From Octopus sinensis (Eukaryota): a stretch of DNA of 64,000 bases. The stretch is from the NCBI RefSeq assembly GCF_006345805.1, contig NC_043013.1:52514001-52578000 (forward strand), in the 5' to 3' direction. A program made the translations under genes and the position numbers. Shown here one piece after another: positions 52,945 through 64,000 of this stretch (the stretch's first letter is position 1; each line of letters begins with the position of its first letter). A model generated the notes under the pieces. It was not told where the DNA came from and did not search any database. It was given only the letters and a program-made list of their open reading frames with translations.

Positions 52945-53699
52945 TCAGTAGCCTTCTTTTTATCCCGTGCTTTCACTTCACTACCGAGCGCAGCTCTGCG
53001 TGCCTTGAGTATATGCTGTGGTTTGCTGTGATGCTCTTATATTTATTGTATTGAAAGTGTTTTACGTAGGATGTGTGCAGTGCCTAGTAGTGCTATTTTC
53101 TGTATGCTATATATATTTGTTAGTCCTGGTGTTTTTGTTATGTATTTGTCTGAATGGCTTATTTTTTTATCATACATAATGCGCCTACTATTGTAAGAAT
53201 TGTTTCTGTTTTTAGGCTCCACATTCGAGTTATCTCTATTTCCAGATCTTTGTATTTTGAATGATGCTCTGCTTCTTTTTGAGAAAGATTCTTATCTGTT
53301 GGGGTTGATTATTATTATTATAATCAATCCCAAGAATATATTGTTGTTGATGATGGTGATGTTGTTATTACCTATCTTCTGATGGTTATTATAGATTGGC
53401 AATTCATGTGATGGCTAGCGTTGTTTCATTCCCTTGGTATCAAAAATGACATTATCGACGCATCATAAATTCGATGTAAAAAATATATGTAAAAAAAAAA
53501 CATATGAAAATTTTTGCAAGTGAATAATTAATTAAAACTTCTTTTAATTACCAGTGAAATTATTTCACTCTAATTGCAATCCAAAAGCTTCTCACGTATA
53601 TAAAATATATTGATACATTAAGCGATATGAATACATATGCATACACAGACACAGAGACACAACTATACACACCACACACACCATAATATATATATATAG

Positions 53700-53737
<38 letters not shown>

Positions 53738-53749
53738 ATATATATATAG

Positions 53750-53787
<38 letters not shown>

Positions 53788-54147
53788 GTAAATATAAATA
53801 TATGTACAACTATATGTAACTAAATATATGTAGAAATTTACAAATATACAAATATACATATATATATTTATATATTTATAGTTTTATATATATATATAAT
53901 ATATATATATATATATAATATATATGTATATACATATATAATGTGTGTGTGTATGTATGTATAGGCACAAACGCATATACTGTACACACACCTATATGTG
54001 TGTACACACATGCGTGAGTGTATAAATAGCCTGTATGTCAAATTTAATCATATGATGAAAACATGCAGATCGAAATACACGTGAAATTTCTCGTTATACA
54101 CGCACTCTTTCATACACACATGCACAAATAGATACATACATAAATAC

Positions 54148-54205
<58 letters not shown>

Positions 54206-54206
54206 A

Positions 54207-54269
<63 letters not shown>

Positions 54270-54687
54270 ATACATATATACATATATACACATAAATATG
54301 GCAGTTAGCCTTGAGGAGCTTTCACAAATTGACGTCTTATTTAAATGAAATATACATATCTATTTTAATGGAAGCTTAAAACCTGTTTATAGCCGCCATT
54401 TTGAAAATTATATTTGTTTGATTGGTCTTTTCTCTTAATTACTTTCTTGACATAAGATGGCATAGAAATGGTCAAAATCTGACAGAGATTGTCACTAAAA
54501 GCCTTGATAGGTATCACATATCTTTCATGATATATGTTCTGGTGAATTTGTTCTTCATTCGATTTCGTGCTTTTGATTTCTTCCGAAATAATTAAAATTT
54601 ATGGTTAATTATATGGTTAACATGATGGAGAGGTGAACTGACTGAAGTTGCTCCTATTTCATGAGGCTATTCAAAATAGAGAGAACC

Positions 54688-55037
54688 ACTAATGGTATTA
54701 GATTTTGGCACAAGGCCAGCAATTTCGGCGGTGGCGGCTAGTGGATTACATCGACACCAGTGTGTAACTGGTACATATTTTTATCGACTTGGAAGAGATG
54801 AAAAGGAAAATCGATCTCGGAAGCATTTGAACACAGGTCATAAAATGGACGTTAATACCGCAACGATTCTATCAGCACGCCACCTGAAATGACTACAATA
54901 ATATCATTTCTACTATGGGTACAAGGCTCAAAATTTGAGAGTAGGGGGTGGCAGTCGCTTACATCTACCCCAGTGTACAACTGGTACTTATTTTAACGAC
55001 TCGAAAGGATGAAACGTAAAGTCGATCCCGCCTTAAT

Positions 55038-55087
<50 letters not shown>

Positions 55088-55092
55088 GAATG

Positions 55093-55142
<50 letters not shown>

Positions 55143-55347
55143 CCTTTCTACTGGAGGCACAAGGCCTCAAATTTTTGGGGAGGTGGACTAGTCGATTACC
55201 TCAACTTCAGTATTTTCCTGGTACTTAATTTATCGACCCGGAAAGGATGGAAGGCAAAGTAGACCTCGGCGGAATTCGAACTCAGAACGTAACAGCAGAC
55301 GAAATACTGCTAAGCATTTCGTCTGGTGTGCAAATGATTCTGCCTGC
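54688..55347 (-). mobile_element. Three family B SINEs in tandem (54688-54886, 54895-55035, 55141-55347) separated by AAT/AAC tails
   Basis: Each has the reverse complement of the tail (GGCACAAGGCC) and core (CTGGTAC..CGAC..GAAAGGATG). Confidence 0.75.
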
Positions 55348-55356
55348 TCACCGCCT

Positions 55357-55903
<547 letters not shown>

Positions 55904-55904
55904 A

Positions 55905-56514
<610 letters not shown>

Positions 56515-56649
56515 CAATTTATTAGTCCATATCTCTTTGGTACGATATTCTGAGTTACAGACACGAAGACATCTGTTTGTTACATTTTGTTCGTGGAAAT
56601 GAGAGACACTGAACTTATTGTTTTAACTGTGATCTCCAAGACATCAACG

Positions 56650-57090
56650 TTGTCATGAATCTTACACGGGAGTCGCATCGATGGCACAACAACGAAAGTC
56701 GTCCCGATTAAGCGCAAGTTCTCCAGCTACCTTGCTACACTTGTCCGAACAGCTCGTGATATTGTTCATCCATTGCCTTCTTTGCCCTCTTGTCCATCTG
56801 TTATCTTCTACTCTTACTTCCTTAAGACTGTTTTCTATCGAATATGGCCATGATTGATGAGCTTTTGTTTTCTTCATAATGTTCAAGTAGTGTCGTCTTT
56901 CATCTTCTTGTACCGGGCATTCATTCATCCGATGGTTCTTCTAAAATGACTTGTAACATTCTCCTAAACACCCATATTTCAAACGCGTCGTTTGATTCCT
57001 TTCTCTTCAAATTCCTTCAGAGTCCATGCTTTGCAACGATAAATACCTATTCGCCAAATAAGCTCTCGCTTATACCAAAAGAGCGGATGG
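56650..57090 (-). mobile_element. RTE-clade LINE, degraded 3' fragment (different lineage from 3874)
   Basis: IYRCKAWTLKEFEEKRI..DAFEIWVFRRMLQV, then ..RGQRRQWMNNI..ALNRDDFR; multiple frameshifts. Confidence 0.75.
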
Positions 57091-57554
57091 CATCAGGTAA
57101 CCTAAAGAGTGAAAATGCTTTAATCGGCATACTACTAACCATATACCCAAAGTCTAAATAATTACTCTCTTTCCATATATATGAATATATATAATATATA
57201 TATTATATATATATATATATGTACATATATACACTACACACTACACACTCAATAACACTATAAAGTGGTCAAAAATTTTTCCACAGGAACCTAGTTCAAT
57301 TTGAAAACTCCACCAGAATGGACGAAAGCGCTAATGTATGATATATGTATAAGTTATATGATGTATAAAAACACTGTACTATACAAATAAATATCTGTAA
57401 CTATAAAACCATTCGAATTTCTGAGTACCCTTATTTCTTCTATATATATACCGGTACATCATCTCCAAACCTTCTAATATGTATATATATATATATATAT
57501 ATAATATATATATATATTATATAATATATATATATATATATGGATGTATGTATG

Positions 57555-57587
<33 letters not shown>

Positions 57588-58366
57588 ATACACACACACA
57601 CAACGTGTGTTTGTGTGTGCATGCATGTATGTATAGTAAATACGTGCATGCTTATATATCTGTGTGTACATATTGTATACGTGTAAATAAATATGTATGT
57701 ATGTGTGTGTATGTGTGCACGTGTGTGTGAATGTATATATGTATATGTTTTGGCAAATTGGAGCCTGCATTCTGTAAAACATGTTTCGCAGATATGAAGT
57801 TTACTTAGAAAGTTGTAATTAACAACGAACTAAAATCTGGGCTAAATGTTGGAAAATATGTGTTAAATATTGCAGTAATTAAATCTTAATTAAAGAAAAT
57901 TGAATTTCATCTTGGACGGATTGATATATCAAGCTTCATCCATATTGACAGATATTCAAAAATACATACCCTACCATACGCACGTATTGGCATACATTTC
58001 TACGTAAACACACATACACACATACACACACGCGCGCACGCACACGCATATATATACATACATATTTGCTTGTACGTATATACGATCTTGTTTGTGATTA
58101 TATATATAAATTTATCTGTATGTATATACAGACATATATATGCATATAAATACATTCACACAAGCGTATATGGTGTATGCTTACACAAACACAGCTACAT
58201 ATACACACGCACAAACTCATACACACACACAGAGATATATATATTACATATAGACATATAACTTCTTACATATATTGATATATATAAATATATATATATA
58301 TAGATATATATATATATATTATATATATATAATCCATAAATACATACAGTTATATGCTTATATATA

Positions 58367-58778
58367 CAGACATGGCTGTGTGGTAAGAAGCTTACTTAAA
58401 AACCACTTAGTTCCGGGTTCAGTCCCATTGCGTGGCCCCTGGGGCCAGTGTCTTCTACTATAGCCTCAAGCCGACCTAAGCCTTGTGAGTGGATTTGGTA
58501 GACGGAAACTGAAAGAAGACTGTCGTATATATATGTGTGTGTGTGCGTGCGTGTGTGTGTTTATGTGCATGTATGTTAGTGTGTCTGTGTTTGTCCCCCC
58601 ATCATCGCATGACAACCGATGTTGGCATGTTTACGGCCCCGTGACTTAGCGGTTCGGCAAAAGAGACCGATAGGATAAGTACTAGACTCACAAAGAATAA
58701 GTCCTGGGGTCGATTGTACGACTAAAGGTGGTGCTCCAGCAAGGCCGTAGTCAACCGACTGAAAGAAATTAAAGAATA
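58367..58778 (+). mobile_element. SINE family A, full length
   Basis: Colinear with 36083-36502. Confidence 0.85.
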
Positions 58779-58798
58779 CATATATACATAGATACATA

Positions 58799-58860
<62 letters not shown>

Positions 58861-58976
58861 AGAGGACTGACCACTAAAAGTGGACAGCTTGTATGCTAGA
58901 TATAGACGTCAAAATCGCTATTTTCTACTAATTAGTTTCACTTGTTAATATTTACATATATGGATACGTAAACATC

Positions 58977-59000
58977 TGCAAGATCATCAGCATAGTCTGT
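58977..59000 (-). mobile_element. Possible tiny LINE RT remnant
   Basis: Minus strand encodes TDYADDLA (YADD motif); surrounding homology is not convincing. Confidence 0.25.
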
Positions 59001-59377
59001 CGTTTAGGAAACACAATTTCCAGAACTAGATACAGGGTGCTCGACCGAAATCCAGCATGTATAATGTTCCACAAATTATATTTACGTCTATCTTTCAAAT
59101 GCCTTCACTTTGGTGCGCTGAGATCGGAAATTACTCTGCAGTTAATAAACTACAGCAGTCAATTTACCGGCTAGAGAAGCTTTTTTTTAATTTAAAATTA
59201 AATAAGGGTAGAAATTTATATTAATCAATTAAAACCAGTGGCCCAGCATATTTTAAAAGAAATCTGAAGATTAAAAATCTTTTACATACAAAATTTAGAG
59301 GACTAAATTGCTAGACAAATGAAAATATACGAAATAAAAAAACCATTACCTATGTACTAATTAGTTTCACTTGTTAA

Positions 59378-59415
<38 letters not shown>

Positions 59416-59837
59416 TATAACTATAAATATGCCCGCGTGTGTGTGTGTGTGCGTGTGTGTGTGTGTGTGCGTGCGTGTATAAATACTGTGTATGCGGAAA
59501 GTGATATGGTACAACTCATCGGAGAACATTATGTGAAAGGCAATACAAGCAACTTTATTACAGAAGTCATCAGACGAAGTTTACTCAAGCCAATTCAGCT
59601 GATACACCAGCGTGACCTTGGTTTTGGATTCTGGAAATATAGACCGGTCCCCGGTTTGGCTTCATTGTCGATATCTGTTTGGGGTTGAGAACAAAAATGT
59701 TACACGAATCAAAATTGAGCCAAAACATTTAACTGTAGCGTACCTTCACCTCAAAACTAAATATTAAACTATCTTGCTTTCGCTATTAGCGTTACTTCAA
59801 GTGTGAAATTAGTTTCGATTTCTCTATTTCTGGAATC

Positions 59838-60160
59838 TACCCCCAGTGCTTATCTATATTAAGCGTGGTTCTTATTTTATCAGCCTTTTTTTTATGCTTA
59901 ACCGTTCAGTTACGGGGATGTGAACACACCAACACTGGCTGTCAAGGGGTTGTTGTGACAAACACGGACTCAATTAGGACAAACAACACCCCCCCCCACA
60001 CACACATATATACATATGACGGTCTTCTTTCTTTCCTTTCACAAATCTGGTCGACTGCAGGCTATAGTAGAAGGTACTTGACCAAGGTGCCACGTAGTGG
60101 TTTTGAACCTGGAACCATGTCGTGGGAAGGTAAGCTTATTACCACACTTCCCCACCTACG
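59838..60160 (-). mobile_element. SINE family A, degraded
   Basis: GTTACGGGGATGTGAACACACC..GGCTATAGTAGAAG..CCAAGGTGCCACG..GAACCATGT. Confidence 0.65.
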
Positions 60161-61007
60161 GTTTTTCACGCACTCTGTATTTCGGTTGGAAAAGCAGTGC
60201 CGAAAACATTTCTGAAATCCGTCTAAACAGAAATAACTTTATAAGCTTTAGTCATTTATCCGTTTCTTTATTACCCACAAGCTTTAGTCATTTATCTTCT
60301 ACGCACATAGATTGATAACTTCACACTTTATACTACTGCATTCTCTAAATATTTAGAGCTGAGCTATCCAAGGTTTTAATCTCGCTATCACCATTACGGC
60401 AACAGTTGATCAAGGACCAAAACCTCGACTGCCAAAGGCAGATTTTAACTGAGTCAATTGAAACTGCACGCTCAACAGTAATTGCAGAAATAGCAGCAGC
60501 AGCAGCAGTGGTAGTGTAGTAGTAGTAGTAGTAGTAGTAGTATAGTAGTAGTAGTAGTAGTAGTAGTAGACATAGAAGAATATTTTAGGGCTTGGTGCGT
60601 AGAAGGAGGCTGGAGGTAAGGGTGGCTCAGAGACCATTTAATAATGTGGTTTACATTGTTCACAGTAATTATTCTGGAAACAAAGTTCATAAAAAAACTG
60701 GGTCTGTTGTTTATCGCGAGCCGACATTTTCATGCATGTTGTCGTAGGTTTGTTGTTTTATTTGTTGTTGTTGAAGCTGTTGTTGGGTGCGCCTGCGTCG
60801 TGTGTGTATACATGAGTCTGTGTATGTATGTGCGTGTGTGAGTGTGTGAGTATATGTGTGTATGTGCATGTAGAATTGTATATTTGTGATGTGAGTCTGT
60901 GAGTCTAACAATAAAATTATTTTAGCGACGTTCAGTTACACCAAACTGCTTTAAGGTCATGTTACGTTTTATGTGTGGATGTATATATATATGTAGCTGT
61001 AACTACG

Positions 61008-61049
<42 letters not shown>

Positions 61050-61316
61050 CATAAATATATGTTTATGTATTGGTATATGTATATGTAGGTATTCATATGC
61101 ACTTATACATGCATATATATGTGTCTGTCTGTTTGTGTGCGCATGAATTTATAAATATATGTATATATGTGTTTTTATGAGTATCCAAATGTGTGTATGT
61201 GATGTTGGGTGTGTACGTTTCGGTGTGTTGCTAATATTGTGTGTTCGCGTCTGTATCTTCATATATACATACACGGGCGCACATAAATATTTATACATAC
61301 TCCCACATAAAGTATA

Positions 61317-61360
<44 letters not shown>

Positions 61361-61927
61361 ATATATATACGTGTGTATATGTATGTATATGTTCAGATGC
61401 GTTCGAGTATATATATATATATATACACATACGCACAAGCACATATATATATTTATATGTACATGCGTACAAATACGCACGCAGACATATATACAGACAT
61501 GCACGCACACAGACAGAAGCATATTTCAACAGTCGCCATGATTAAGCCACCTGTTAGCACTTGGGCCCAATATACTGGCGCGCGGTACTTTAGAAAATTA
61601 GGCGAAAGTAGATTGGGTACAAATTACCGAACTTATTAAGGTTATAGGGGGCAAACATGGCCCTTAATAATCGCATGGTTAGCATACATTGATCCAGAAG
61701 GTTAACGCTGTAAAGTTTGACTACTATAATGGCACGCGAGCGACTAATTCAGGAGAATATCTAAGACTATTGTAACGGTTGGAGTGTTTGATGTGTGATA
61801 TTTGACAGGGTTGTCTGCCCTTAATTCTATAATACCTTTTATTGTAACATTTATGTTTTGCTAATATTTAGGCAACGTAATAATAATTGACAGCTCGCTC
61901 TTCCTCTGTCTATGCCTGTCTGCCTGC

Positions 61928-61967
<40 letters not shown>

Positions 61968-62110
61968 CGCTCTCTCGCTCTCTCCCTCTATATGTCTGTC
62001 TATCTACGGTTCCATCTTTTTCTTCCTTTCTCTCTCGGTGTTTGTGGTTATGTACGCAAACACATACATACTTGTATGTATGTATGTATGTATGTATGTA
62101 TGTATGTATG

Positions 62111-62141
<31 letters not shown>

Positions 62142-62275
62142 TGTATGTATGTATGTATGTATGGATGATGGATGGATGGATGATGGATGGATGGATGGAT
62201 GGATTAATGTATGTAGCTCTCACTCTTTCTCTTTCTCTCTCAATAAGATGTAATATTCTTCGTACATATTATTTG

Positions 62276-62350
<75 letters not shown>

Positions 62351-62733
62351 CATACGTGTGTGAAATGTTTGAATGGAATCTGCGTTGTGTCTCCTTCGGA
62401 TCCTTGAGTCAGTAACTCGAAGCTGCAGTTCTGTCATACTCGCCATCATGATACACTGTGATACACGATGATTCACGCTGATTTTAGCCAACAGTTGTTG
62501 GCTACTTCTCTAGTCTCGTATTTCCAGTATTTAACATGTGTTGTTAGATACTCTCCATTTGTGTCTTTCGTTTTTCGAAAAAATAGTTCATATTTTAGTT
62601 ACTCGTACTTCGTATTTTTTGTTGTTGTACATGCTTTGTGACGTCCTGTGCCCACATATGCTTATATATATATATATATTATATGTTTGAACGCCACGCA
62701 TCCTCTTCTATGTAAGTTATATATATATATATC

Positions 62734-62769
62734 CTTTCTGTGGAAGAGCGCAGGCTCGAAACGTAAAAG
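62734..62769 (+). ncRNA. Minimal type I hammerhead-ribozyme-like motif, same repeat family as 14829
   Basis: CTTT-CTGTGGA-A-GAGC(GCAG)GCTC-GAAA-CGT-A-AAAG has a 4-bp stem I, 4-bp stem II, palindromic ACGU stem III and a GUA site; core A6 is replaced by U. Confidence 0.4.
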
Positions 62770-62867
62770 ACTTTTTCAATTTCTGAGCGTTATACTAAAA
62801 CATCTGTTTGTTTTCTACACCACCTGTCCTTGTTTTTTTTTTTTTTGTTCTTTTTTTTATATATATG

Positions 62868-62912
<45 letters not shown>

Positions 62913-64000
62913 CTTAGTATATTAAGAAAATTGTCCATTAATGTTTGCTAAGGTGTGTATATTTTCCAATGAAGATGCCTAATGTGATCTGCGGGATATT
63001 AAAAATGAATCCCAAACAAATAGCGGGGCCTCAGACACGATTAGACATGTAAAAACATCACTAATTCAGTGTAAGAATAGGGACAGAGAAAGGAACACTT
63101 TATGGTGCAATCCCGTATTTACCCCTACAATGAATTTCTTAATTCAATGTATCACCATTTTATGTCTGGGCGTAAGTATAGTAAGGTATTACATGGGAAC
63201 TTTGGTTCAGTTATTTAGTGAGTCATAATTTCAGTTGTTATGTGAGATATGATAATGCTGCAAAGCTGAATGTGAATGGGAGACAAGAACCAATCAAGTA
63301 CTCCCAGAATTCATGAGAATGGATGATAATTGTTTGGTAAACTCGAAAATATATAGCGCTATATTAGAAGCAAACGTCAGAGTTGAACACAAATTATATA
63401 TACTGGGAAAACTTATATGACTTTCAAAAATCGCTTCTATAAACTCAAACATTTATCTTTCAGCCCTGATGTGTATCAGTTTTGTTAATATTGATATTGT
63501 TAATATTGATAAGGTCTTTGACTTGAAGTCTTCAGGGATTCAATATTTGCTGCTTGATTTCAGATAAAGCACAACCATACTGTAACTATAGCTTCAACTA
63601 AAAAGATAAGCTGTGATTTTTGAGCAAAAACTTAAGAATTTGATTCAATGAATTAACAGTTTGTATAAAAGAACATAATTATTTGCGCCATTGTATGCAC
63701 GGGATAAGGCATCTGTCACATTTTGACTTAGAGTTTTAGGTCCCTTATAGTTTTCTATAATCACAAGCTGATATAGTAATTCTTGCGTCCCTTCATAAAT
63801 GATCGGAGGGAACATTAAGGATATACTAATGATAGCTGAGTGAACTGCAACAAAGTGGAATAAAGGTAATTCGTTATGGACCTCTTGTTCCACGAGGTGA
63901 GGAATTCGAAACTCCTCCCTTGCGAGCATAAGCGAAGCAGATAAACCTTTGGGCCACGGGATTTTCTGGGAGGCGAAGGAAAGGGAGCTTCGCAGTCGTT

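Overview
Eukaryotic, very AT-rich, repeat-saturated DNA with no intact host protein-coding gene that I can recognise. It is most likely intergenic or intronic sequence from an octopod cephalopod (inference from the SINE families and microsatellite load). Almost all ORFs in the supplied track are microsatellite translation artefacts. Recognisable content: at least four tRNA-derived SINE families (>25 copies or fragments); seven fragments of R4/Dong-clade RLE non-LTR retrotransposons, most embedded in (TAA)n/(GAT)n arrays; two RTE-clade LINE 3' fragments; one full-length but dead 1.28 kb mariner; several MITEs and foldback hairpins; a 35-bp minisatellite; and a 100-N assembly gap. The most interesting signals are (i) a 165-bp palindrome whose arms each fold into a type I hammerhead-ribozyme-like motif (Penelope-like), plus two or three other minimal hammerhead-like motifs, and (ii) a microsatellite-centred element ecosystem: Dong-like elements and an unclassified ~535-bp non-coding element inserted in (TAA)n tracts, repeatedly tail-to-tail with SINEs whose (ATT)n tails supply those tracts. 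Coordinates of degraded elements are approximate, and family names are not database-verified.
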